Below, in pieces: positions 1 to 10,969 of a DNA stretch of 35,743 nt (the stretch's first letter is position 1; each line of letters begins with the position of its first letter). The stretch comes from Octopus sinensis (lineage: Eukaryota). The position numbers were made by a program, and so were the translations under genes. Location of the stretch: positions 1 to 35,743 of the forward strand of contig NW_021826269.1 in NCBI RefSeq assembly GCF_006345805.1, read 5' to 3'. The notes beneath the pieces are model-generated. The model saw only the letters and a program-made list of their open reading frames with translations. It did not search any database and had not been told where the DNA came from.

Positions 1-292
1 TGAACACCGGGAACAATGTAATCAAATAGACCCCCTCCCCCAAAATTCCATGCCCTGTTCCTATAGTAGAAAGAATTATTAGGGGAAATGTATGGAATCG
101 GCAGCGCATCGAACCAAAATATCGCACCTCACGTACCTGCCTTTATGATCTTATATTCGTGCCTTCCGCCACTTCTTCAGTAAAGGACTACGACTGAGAG
201 TCCCGAACCAATGTTTTTATTCATACTTATATTTGTTGGCGACGGGGGTGATGAGGGTGTGAGGATGACGACGTCGGTATATTACGGTGTGT

Positions 293-520
293 TCGTCAAG
301 GCGGCGAGCTGGCAGAAACGTTAGCACGCCGGGCGAAATGCGTAACCGTATTTCGTCTGTCGTTACGTTGTAAGTTCAAATTCCGCCGAGGTCGACTTTG
401 CCTTTCATCCTTTCGGGGTCGATAAATTAAGTACCAGTTACTCACTGGGGTCGATATAATCGACTTAATACCAATATCTGTCCTCTCTCTCTTTAGCCCC
501 TTGTGGGTAGTCAAGAAATA
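293..520 (+). mobile_element. SINE family C, complete copy with a perfect 17-bp target-site duplication
   Basis: Head ggcggcgagctggcagaaacgttagc...gttcaaattcc (A/B-box-like); body gtcgactttgcctttcatcctttcggggtcgataaa recurs elsewhere in the window; ggtatattacggtgtgt is repeated at 276-292 and 521-537. Confidence 0.85.
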
Positions 521-934
521 GGTATATTACGGTGTGTGATGTGACACAGCAGGGGTTCGGATTTGTTGCACGCACAATCGCAAGGTGGGTGCTTTCGATC
601 CCCAGACCTGGAAGAACTTTATTTCACGTGGCTGCAGTCCACTCAGCTGTAAATGCACCACCCTGCTACGCAACCAACTTTCCGTTTAGAGCGAATGCTC
701 TCCTGCCCGACTCCGAGGAGTCGATGTAACCGACTCTATCCACTCCCCTCAAAACTCATAATCACGTGCCAGTATCTGAAACAATTGTTAAGCAAAAACC
801 ACTAAGAGGGTTGGTCAGGGGAATCATTAGGACTTGAGGGGGGGCTCTTTTTGTTTTGTTTTGTTTTCTGTGCTTTGGTTTTCTTTTTTTTTTTGTGTTT
901 TGGGTTTCTTTTCTTTCTTTTATTGTTTTATTTC

Positions 935-1191
935 TTTCAGTCATTTGACTGCGGCCATGCTGGAGCACCGCCTTTAGTCGAGCAAATCGACACCAGGACT
1001 TATTCTTTGTAAGTCTAGTACTTATTGTATCGTTTCTTTTGCCGAACCGCTAAGTTACGGGGACGTAAACACAGCAGCATTGGTTGTCAAGTGATATTCA
1101 CTTGAAACACAGGCATAGACACACACACACACACATACACACACACACACACACACACAAACATATATATATACACACGACGGGCTCCTTT

Positions 1192-1194
<3 letters not shown>
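935..1194 (-). mobile_element. SINE family B, 3' part plus internal microsatellite (5'-truncated)
   Basis: Reverse complement matches the family B tail (cttagcggttcggcaaaaga...ggcggtgctccagcatggccgcagtcaaatgactgaaa) seen at 14874-15268. Confidence 0.8.
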
Positions 1195-1261
<67 letters not shown>

Positions 1262-1275
1262 GTGTGTGTGTGTGT

Positions 1276-1580
1276 GTGGAGGCGCAATGGCCCAGTAGTT
1301 AGGGCAGCGGACTCGCGGTCGCAGTATCGCGGTTTCGATTCCCAGAATGGGCGTTGTGTGTGTTTATTGAGCGAAAACACCTAAAAGCTCCACGAGACTC
1401 CGGCAGGGGGGGTGGGGTGATCCCTGCTGTACTCTTTCACCACTCTTTCTCTCTTTCGTCTGTTGGCCTGCTCGCTTAGCCCGCGGGGTGGCGTCATTCG
1501 AAGCTAAAACATGCGAACGCATTGTGACCAGCGATGTGTAACAACATCTGATGGTCTGGTTGGTCACGTGATCACGTGAT
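1276..1580 (+). mobile_element. SINE family A (tRNA-derived head), tail type 1
   Basis: gtggaggcgcaatggcccagtagttagggcagcggactcgcgg...ggtttcgattccc with A-box and B-box-like motifs; the same head occurs at 6604, 9116, 12893, 13244 and 18503. Confidence 0.8.
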
Positions 1581-1583
1581 ATA

Positions 1584-1618
<35 letters not shown>

Positions 1619-1727
1619 ATATTACATATATATATATACATATATATATGTATACATATATATATATATCTCTATATATATACATATATATATTATACAT
1701 ATATATATGTATACATATAATATATAG

Positions 1728-1760
<33 letters not shown>

Positions 1761-1761
1761 A

Positions 1762-1798
<37 letters not shown>
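1580..1798. repeat. Imperfect (TA)n microsatellite
   Basis: Directly visible. Confidence 0.95.
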
Positions 1799-1799
<1 letters not shown>

Positions 1800-1801
<2 letters not shown>

Positions 1802-2111
1802 CAATTTCAGCGTGGAAGGTGTTTGTAAGTCCTTTAAGAAACACACAAAAGCCGTTCGATTCACTTCAACATTTTAATTTTAATTTGTCAAATCACTGAC
1901 AAAAACCGTGCTGCATCTCGATTTTTGTCAGTGAACATGTCGCGGTCTTAAAGCGACGAAATATTTTGACAATTAAACTTAGATGTTGAAGTGAATCGAA
2001 CGGCTTTTGTGTGTTTCTAAATGGCTTACAAACACCTCCACGCTGCAATTGTTTTTCGTTTCAGCACACAATCTCAGATCAAATCACTTCATTGCAAGTA
2101 CATCTCCGTAA
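1800..2111. mobile_element. Fold-back repeat fragment, probably a Penelope-like element terminus, with a hammerhead-like motif
   Basis: 1800-1905 is the reverse complement of 1922-2053 apart from a 30-nt deletion and scattered differences; 1925-1972 folds like a minimal type I hammerhead (ttgtca / gtcgc-loop-gcgac / GAAA / tgacaa). Penelope assignment is inferred. Confidence 0.5.
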
Positions 2112-2131
2112 TATATATATATATATAGATA

Positions 2132-2163
<32 letters not shown>

Positions 2164-2231
2164 ATATATGTATATATATATATATATATATGTTATGTAT
2201 GTAGTATGTATGTATGTATGCATTTGTGTTG

Positions 2232-2410
2232 CTGTGTTTGTCCCCACTCCCACCATCGTTTGACAACCGACGTTAGCGTGTTTACGACCCCAGCAAAAGA
2301 GACCGATAAAATAAGTACTAGGCTTACAAAGAATAAGTCCTTGGGTCGATTTGTTCGACTAAAAATGGTGCTGCTGCATGGCCGCAGTCAAATGACTGCA
2401 ACAAGGAAAA
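2232..2410 (+). mobile_element. SINE family B, 3' half
   Basis: tgtgtttgtcccc...gacaaccga...ataagtactaggcttacaaagaataagtcc...gcatggccgcagtcaaatgactg. Confidence 0.8.
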
Positions 2411-3284
2411 GAAGAAAAGAAAAGAAAGAAAAGATGAATATTTTTCTAATTAAATATTTCTGAGAAATCGAATAAAAAAAAATTAATTAAAATATTCAGT
2501 TCATTATAGAAGCTGAGCCAATTTATTTCACATGAATTTTAACCACAAAATCTTGTTATAAACTCAGGTTAATAACCGCTAATTAATGATTTGTTTGCCA
2601 AACCGCTAATGGATGGGGACGTAAACAAACCAACACTAGTTATTGCAGTGTTATTTAAACTTTAGGTTAATATCTGTTGTTAAATATCTATCGTATGCAT
2701 TCATAATTGCTTTCATCATATGCTGTGGTCTTTATTTATTTTTAATTTTTACTGACAGTGCGACTGTGGTGTCATCTAGGAGCCAACTATTCGACCTTCA
2801 AATGTTCTAAAATATCAGAAGGATTCTAAAGACAAGAGGTGTGCGACATCTAAAGGGTCAACCATTTGACCTTCACATTCTGAAAAAATTCTGTGGGTTT
2901 GTAAAGAGGTGTGCGCGACGGGAAATAATGGCTCCTATTACGAAATTGTTTGACAATTTACTTCCGGATCTCTATACAAGGAAAGGATAAAACACACACA
3001 CACACACGCACGCACACACGCACACACACACTCACACACACGCACACAGACACACACACGCAAACACGCAAACACGCGAATATATACACTCACAGGAATA
3101 CACACACACAAGCACGAGCACACACATACACACACACACATACACATGCACACACACACACACACACTAACACACACACACAATAACACGCCCGCACATA
3201 TACACACGTATAAAACACATACAAACACATATACACGCGAATACGTACACTCACACATATATATACATACACGCACACACACAT

Positions 3285-3530
3285 ATTCTTTTATATGTTT
3301 CAGTCATTTGACTGCGGCCATGCTGGAACACCACATATAGTCGAACAAATCGACCCTCGGACTTATTCTTTGTAAGCCTAGTAAGTGTTCTATCGCTCTT
3401 TTGCCGAACCGCTAGTTTACAGAGATGTAAACACACCAGCATCGGTTGTCAAGCGATGCTGGGGAGATAAGCACAGAACACAAAGACGCACACATGCATA
3501 TATATATATATACATATATATGTACATATA

Positions 3531-3569
<39 letters not shown>

Positions 3570-3762
3570 TATATATATAATATATATATAACAATATATA
3601 TACACGACGGCTTCTTTTCAGTTTCCGTCTACCAAATCCACTCACAAGGCTTTGGTTGGCCTGAGGCTATAGAAGAAGACACTTGCCCAAGGTGCCACAC
3701 AGTGGGACTGAACCCGGAACCATGTGGTTGGTAAGCAAGCTACTTACCACACAGCCACTCCT
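3285..3762 (-). mobile_element. SINE family B, full length with internal (TA)n
   Basis: Reverse complement starts aggagtggctgtgtggtaagtagcttgc...ggttcagtcccactg (tRNA-like head), then ggcaccttgggcaagtg (CORE-like start), internal microsatellite and the shared tail. Confidence 0.85.
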
Positions 3763-3999
3763 TATAGAATATAAACACGTAGACATATATAAATGCATGT
3801 ATAATGCTGATATGCACACATAAATAGACGTATAGCTACGCAAAGACAATAGCATATGTGCATATATACACAGCTATACATGAATATATATATATATATG
3901 AATATAACGTGCTTATATTATATATCCCCATTAACCTGCTATATATGAATACTTATATGTATAACAAACACATGTATATGATATATATGCACATGTATG

Positions 4000-4030
<31 letters not shown>

Positions 4031-4544
4031 TTGTATGTATGTATGTATGTATGTATGTATGCATGCATGCATGCATGTATGTATGTATGTATGTATGTAT
4101 GCATGTATGTATGTATATTTGCGCGTGTCTAAACATGTATCCCCACACATACACTCATACATACTCGTACATACACACATACATACGCAGACATACACGT
4201 ATACACACACACACACACACATTAACACACACACACATCAATGCGGCGGAACCGCAGTCGTATTGAGGCGATAGGCCATTGGTGAGACAACCATATTGAC
4301 CCGACAAACTTGACATTATCATATGTGACAGAGAAAGTGAAGGTGACAGGGGAGGTAACTATGACATTAATACACTCCATATTTGCAGATTGTTGTCTCC
4401 GCCCACGTGTAAACATGTCGCCGGCCTCAACATTGCGGCCCGGCAACCAACACCGGAGATCAGAGAGCAGAGAACTTGTCTAGCAAGCTTGTGTTTTCAC
4501 GTCAGAGTGTAAAGAGTTGAAGGTTCGATGTCCTCTCATACGTC

Positions 4545-4702
4545 CACCAACATACATACACACATACACATGTATACGTATGCATACATACATCGCACAC
4601 AGCATTCATACATAAATATATATATATATATACATACACACATAGATACATACATCGAGCTCATTAACTATATATATATATATATATAATATATATACAT
4701 AT

Positions 4703-4771
<69 letters not shown>

Positions 4772-4900
4772 TATATCTATTGTATATGTATAATAGATGT
4801 ATATACACAAACAAATATATATGTATGTATAAATGTGCATATATATATATGTATACATAAGCATATACATATATACATATACATATAAGTATATATATAA

Positions 4901-4933
<33 letters not shown>

Positions 4934-5204
4934 GCACCTACATATATGCATAACACGTCTATAGACATATACACACATATATATACATACACACATATAC
5001 ATACATATATATTTACACACATGTATATATACATATATACATATATATATATGCATACATAAATATGTACATATAAATATATGTATATATGTATATATAT
5101 AAAATTGTATCACAACTACATTCAGATTTCATGTTTATAATTATGTCATACTCATACATTCCCATAAACACACCTATGTTTAAATAATAATGATGATGAT
5201 AATG

Positions 5205-5259
<55 letters not shown>

Positions 5260-5330
5260 TAATAATAATAATAATAGTAATAATAATAATGAAATTGATG
5301 ATCATAATCTTAAAAGTAATTATAATCATT
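4545..5330. repeat. Compound (TA)n/(CATA)n and (AAT)n microsatellite block
   Basis: Directly visible; source of many spurious ORFs. Confidence 0.9.
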
Positions 5331-5619
5331 ATTCTTATGAGAGATTTAATAACATATTTCAGGTTTTTTTTATTATTGCTTTGAGCATGATCCAAGTTCA
5401 ACGTCCTTTAATATATTCATAGAAATATATGTCTGTATATTGTCACACATGTACACACAGACGCATATTCACACACACACACGCATACACACACGCACAC
5501 ATGCACACACACATACACTCAAATACACAGGCACACAGACACATATACACACACGCATTGATGTGTGCACGTTCGTATGCACACACACTCACACACAATT
5601 ATACATTAGACAGACAGTC

Positions 5620-5639
5620 AGATATAGGTAGATAGATAA

Positions 5640-5679
<40 letters not shown>

Positions 5680-5682
5680 ATA

Positions 5683-5761
<79 letters not shown>
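5620..5761. repeat. (GATA)n microsatellite
   Basis: Directly visible. Confidence 0.95.
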
Positions 5762-5762
<1 letters not shown>

Positions 5763-6148
5763 CGGTTTATTCTCAAATCACAAATCAAATAATATTCTGA
5801 TATCAATAGATGAGTCAAGATAATGCAAAGAATGAACAAATATTAATAATTGTGCTTTAGCAAATGTCTGTAGATTCCAGACCATTTGAAAAAAAAAACA
5901 TATACAGTGCCGTACCCGTTATCCGGCTTAGAGAAATCCGGAATTACCAAAAAACCGGCTAAGTTTGAAATTGTTTTCGAAGTCGGTTAATTTGCATGAG
6001 GTGTATTAAGAATAGTTTTGTTATTTTCTATTTTATATGAATTAATAAAGATTAAACATGTTCTGCTTTGGAGGTATATTAATTTGTACCTGAATCTTTG
6101 AGATGGAATCATGTTCTTTACTTCGTTTAATTTTCATCATATGCTGTA

Positions 6149-6479
6149 TTTAAAGAGCACTCCGTCGGTTACGACGGCGAGAGTTCCAGCTGATACGGTC
6201 AACGGAACACCTTACTTGTGAAATTAACGTGCAAGTGCCTAAGCACAGGACAGACACGTGTACCCATAACGTAGTTCTTAGGGAGATTCAGCTTGATACA
6301 AAGTGTGACAAGGCTGGCCCTTTGAAATACAGATACTATTCAATTTTGGAAGCTGAGTGAACTGGGGCAACGTGAAATAAAGTGTCTTGCTCGAGGATAC
6401 AACGCGTCGCCGGGAATTGAACACACGACCTTGCAATCATGAGCCGAACACCCTATCCACTAAACCACGCGCCTTCACA
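6149..6479 (-). mobile_element. SINE family D with a 10-bp target-site duplication
   Basis: Reverse complement head gtgaaggcgcgtggtttagtggatagggtg...gttcaattccc; homologous to 21801-22112; atatgctgta at 6139-6148 and 6480-6489. Confidence 0.8.
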
Positions 6480-6603
6480 ATATGCTGTAAATATATACAT
6501 GATACAGTATGATATATTTTAAGGATTATAAATCCATTAATGAATATCAAAGAGACCCTGCTTTTGAAATGTATTAATTTGAGTTTTTTTAAATACACTT
6601 TCA

Positions 6604-6896
6604 GTGGAGGCACATGACGTAGTGGTTAGAGCAGCGGACTCTTGGTCGAGGGATCGCAGGTTCGAATCTCAGACAGGGCAATGTGTGTGTTTATGAGCGA
6701 AACACCTAAGCTCCACGCGGCTCCGGTAGAAGGTCATTGCGAACTTGTACTGACTCTTTCGCCACAACTTTCTCCCACTCTTTCCCCCAGCATCTAGCAG
6801 CTCACCTGTGACGGACCGGTGTCCCGTCCAGGTGGGCAGCCTATACGCCAATAAAACCGGCCCTTATGAGCCAGGCATGACTCGAGAAGGAACAAA
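6604..6896 (+). mobile_element. SINE family A-related copy, tail type 2
   Basis: Head gtggaggcacatgacgtagtggttagagcagcggactc...ggttcgaatc; tail ctgtgacggaccggtgtcccgtccaggtg differs from the other A copies. Confidence 0.75.
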
Positions 6897-6949
6897 TACA
6901 GCTTAGCTCTTTATTTTTCATTTTTTAAATATTTTTTTCGTCATCCATA

Positions 6950-7190
6950 AAAGGGGTTGCACCTAGAAAATTACCCTCTGAGGCACAAGTCCGGACAAAG
7001 TTGTTTATGGAAGACCAGCAGTGTTATCCAAGGAAAAGGCAAAGGCTGATACAGCTTGGCACCAGTAACAGTCACAACTAATTTCTACAGCTGAGTCAAC
7101 TGCAGCAACGTGAAATAAAGTGTCTTGCTCAACAACACAATCTGGTCTAGGTTCATACTCACTACCTCATTGCGAACCTGACGCTGTAAC
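6950..7190 (-). mobile_element. Degenerate SINE sharing the family D central block
   Basis: gcaacgtgaaataaagtgtcttgctc is shared with 6367-6392. Confidence 0.55.
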
Positions 7191-7733
7191 CACCATTCAG
7201 ATATATATCAGTCAAATTTCTGCCGACGTCAAGGTCGATAAAATAAGCACCAGTTGAGCACTGGGGTCGATGCAATTGACTCGTCCCCTCCTCCTAACTT
7301 GTTGCCACTTCTGGTCCCAATCCGGACCACTTCCGGTCCCAAGCTTGTCAGATATTCGGTCTGATACTGTTTGTAGAAAATATATTAAGAAACGAGTATT
7401 GAAGCCAATTCCTCTGATTTTATACTTCTCCTTTGTTACTTCTAGTATTGCTTTGAAAAAATAACTTAAAATCGGCACTCTTCAAAACTTGCACTAAGAA
7501 TAAGCCCAAGGTAAAATTACTACCTGCTTTTATAGCAAGTTGATGCAGGTAGTTTACACCTTCCCCGTCCGACTTTTAGTTCATGCAATTGAAAAAAAAG
7601 TAGTATTTAAGGAATGACCCAATAGCTAGGTGATATTCTGCATGAAATCACGTCCTAAAAGATACCCGCAGCTTTGAGGACAATATGAATGGCTCGGATT
7701 TATAACATATGACGGAAGAAGAAAGAGGTCAAT

Positions 7734-8188
7734 GAATACCAGTATTGTATCGAGTTTGTTCCCAGACTTTACATTGTTTCACAAAAATCTCTAATATAAC
7801 AAATGGTTTGGAATCTAGGATTGTTGCTTGTGAGACCCTGAGAGCGTTTTTGTTAGACAGAAAATTGGAAAATGATGCTGGCGCAAGTTTCAGAATACGT
7901 CTGCAAGGAGTTGGGACGCCAGCAATTGTACTTCGACTTTTGATGAACATTCATACAGACAGACAGACAGATGTGTATACAGATAACATCTTAAAGTATG
8001 AGGGAACCGTGTCGAGGTGACGAATAAATGTTAGGCTTACGTCATATCGTGATTTGAATTCACTTCATGCCTCCAAAACGTGTGCGCATACATGAATATA
8101 TGCATACACATGCACACAAATACTCATATACACATACACATTAATATTTATACACACATCTATAGAGTTACATAGATATATAAACCTG

Positions 8189-8247
<59 letters not shown>

Positions 8248-8260
8248 ATAATATATATAG

Positions 8261-8294
<34 letters not shown>

Positions 8295-8410
8295 ACATTT
8301 TATACATACATATATATGCACACATGAATATGGGTCATTCTGCCTGGAAAACTTTTTATATATCGCGTAATAAATTTTTTGAATGATAACACTTCCATTG
8401 CAGAAAACAC
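7734..8410 (+). repeat. Dispersed or duplicated ~600-700-bp block, copy 1
   Basis: Collinear with 18904-19470 (cccagacttt.cattgtttc, ggtttggaatct, gacgaataaatgttaggcttacgtcatat, ctgcctggaaaactttt, aatgataacacttccatt). Confidence 0.8.
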
Positions 8411-8626
8411 ACAAACACACGCGCGTGCGCGCACATACAGGCAAACACACACACACACATACGCACACTCACAAACAAACAAACGCGCGTGCGTACACAC
8501 AAAGACATACACGCGCATTCTCACATGCAGACACACGCACAAACACACACAAACGCATGCGCGTGCGCACATATGCAGACGCACACACACACACCACACA
8601 CACACACACATACACGTACACACAAA

Positions 8627-9114
8627 CTAATCCGGAAACCGGAAATATACCATATTGTAGAAGAAATCAGCCAAGCAAATTGGTGGTACTGAGAAAAAGG
8701 CCTAGTTGCTACAGAGGTGGGTGTATAAACCACCTCAAGGTACGATAAAAGGGAATGGATCAGTAGAGAGCACCAACAACAGCAATACTAGAAGGCACTT
8801 GAAATAGAAACGATAGGTAAAATAGATGGTGTGGCTACAACAACAGTGGTTACTGTTCCAGGGATGGCCAGAGTAGAGTTACCTCGCCTTCAACAGCAAC
8901 AACACGCGATAGACTGGCGGTTGCACGGGCGCGAAAGCTACGTTGTTATCCTCATTCCGTAAACGGAGGCTTTTAATGGGTGGAGAGCTGAACCATCCTA
9001 GGGTACAGAGGATTCTCAATCTAGACTAGGGTCTGAAAGTTTACCACACCATAGTGGGTTACATCATGGTTCCTCTCCTTTGTGGCAGAAGTAGGAAGAG
9101 TGGGAAAGTTGTGG
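8627..9114 (+). mobile_element. Degenerate L1/Tx1-like ORF1 fragment
   Basis: Translation KLVVLRKRPSCYRGGCINHLKVR resembles the decayed zinc knuckle RKPKCYFCISPKYLKIDSP of the element at 11286-13873. Confidence 0.4.
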
Positions 9115-9487
9115 AGTGGAGGCGCAATGGCCCAGTGGTTAGGACAGCGGACGCGCGTCGTAAGAACGCGGTTTCGATTCCCAGACCGAGCATTGTGAGT
9201 GTTTATTGAGCAAAAACACCTAAGCTCCACGAGGTTCCGGCGGAGGTAGTGGTGAACCCCGCTATACTCTTTCACCACAACTTTCCCGCTCTTCCTACGT
9301 CTGCCACATAGCAGAGGAACCATGGTGTAACCCACTATGGTGTGGTAAACCTTCAGACCCTAGTCTAGATTGCGAATCCTCTGTACCCTAGGATGGTTCA
9401 GCTCTCCACCCGTTAAAAGCCTCCGTTTACGGAGTGAGGATAACAACGTATCTTTCACGCCCGTGCAACCGCCAATCTATCGCGTGT
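8902..9487. repeat. 213-bp inverted repeat (8902-9114 / 9275-9487) enclosing a SINE A head
   Basis: Manual alignment: 12 mismatches and no indels over 213 bp. Confidence 0.95.
9116..9296 (+). mobile_element. SINE family A head and body; tail replaced by inverted flank
   Basis: gtggaggcgcaatggcccagtggttaggacagcggac...ctctttcaccacaactttc. Confidence 0.85.
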
Positions 9488-9530
9488 GGTAGGTGGATCT
9501 TCAGGTTTCCACACGCATTCTTAGTAGCTT

Positions 9531-9597
9531 AGAGTAAGCTCGAATGAGAGATTATTTTTGTGGCTAATGGCGTGAGCCCTGACTGGAAAAAGAAGAA

Positions 9598-9628
<31 letters not shown>

Positions 9629-9706
9629 AAGAAGAAGAAGAAGAAGAAGAAGAAGAAGAAGAAGAAGAAGAAGAAGAAGAAGAAGAAGAAGAAGAAGAAG
9701 AAGAAG
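9531..9706 (+). repeat. ~58-bp element followed by (GAA)n
   Basis: agagtaagctcgaatgagagattatttttgtggctaatggcgtgagccctgactggaa is nearly identical to 33659-33717, also followed by (GAA)n. Confidence 0.8.
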
Positions 9707-10372
9707 ACACCAGGGACCGACGTGGTAATATACTGAAGAGATCGTGAAGTTTCCTTCCATTCCAGCACTGGGATAGCCATAGACTCAGAGCAACAGTTCC
9801 AATCGATGGTCTTTGCGGCAATGAGAATATGGGCCCAGCAGAAATATAGCAATCTTCTGAGTCCATTCTGAAAGCAAACAGGTTAATGTACAACTTCGTG
9901 GAAGGGAACAATTCCACCTGGAGTGAACCAATTACACCATTCTTCTATAGTATTACGCAAATCCAATGAAATTATTGATAAAATCTATAAATGAAGCCAA
10001 GAATTACTAAATACGCGGAAACGAGAGATGGGGATTAGCCTTAATCCAAACGATAAAAAGGGTAGTTTCCTGATGAAAGTCATGCTCACGAGTAAATGCT
10101 GAAGATCCTGTTTGCAGATGGAAAAGGGCAAGGAGTGACCGAAACGGAAGGTTCTAGGAGTAATGAGGTGAACTAATTGCATTTGATTACTATAATTTTA
10201 CTTACTTTCTTTGTTCTTTATGTTGTCCATGATTTTCCCACACCCTTGTTTATTGCATATGCACCCCACCCGCCTTTTTTATGCAGGATATGTCTCATAT
10301 TCTACATTTAGGCCTTTGTGGTCAATAAATAAAACTGACAAAATACTTATTATTAATATTATTATTATTATT

Positions 10373-10916
10373 GAGTGAGAGAGCAGTGCATGCCATCAAA
10401 GTGACACTGGGGTAAAGTATACGAAACCCAGTGTACCCATCACGACTACCTGTCTGATAAGGGTACACAAGGCACATGCATCACAACCATATGTGCGCTA
10501 CATGGTGATCTCATATCAAGATAAACAGCACATGACATTGCAGCTGGGGCCCAGTTAGAATTTTCTTCTAGTCGAGTAGCCCATCCCGCTCAAAAGGTCC
10601 CTGAATAAGGATTGTTTAAAGATGTTGAACTAAACACCAATGTTTCCAAAGGTGAATTATCCAAACCTCCAAGAATTCCTCTCAACACACGGCTATGATG
10701 CTCCCCATTACTTCTGCTCGTGGTCAGAGATGCACATATCGTCAGCCACTAAACGACATGGTCAACTGGTTATGGTCAAACAGCTGACAAGCAAATCTGT
10801 GGTATCGAGCAGAATATTTGCTGTATTATACCAAGACAAAACAATGTACATGATAACACTTCCAATCAGTTAAGATCAGAAGCCATGAGAGCCACTGTCT
10901 GGTATTGCATCAGAGC

Positions 10917-10918
<2 letters not shown>
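10373..10918 (-). mobile_element. ~550-bp retroposon family E, flanked by (TTA)n
   Basis: Reverse complement is homologous to 24123-24652 and 33140-33613; ends in ctctctcactc plus (AAT)n. Confidence 0.8.

Positions 10919-10969
<51 letters not shown>

Noticed and set aside
1276-1350. tRNA genes at SINE heads
   Set aside because: A/B-box-like motifs continue into multi-copy SINE bodies; no complete cloverleaf with terminator evident.
4240-4545. Unique island as a possible host exon (tttgcag at ~4388)
   Set aside because: All three + frames hit stops before a good donor; the minus ORF has no recognisable similarity.
5905-7369. Possible pogo/Tigger-like element (TA-cagtg...ttatccgg left end)
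   Set aside because: The putative right end matches only about 14 of 23 positions and lacks a TA; insufficient.
9707-10360. Possible continuation and 3' UTR of a LINE
   Set aside because: Ends like the other LINE tails (tgtggtcaataaa) but no recognisable protein motif; not called as a feature.
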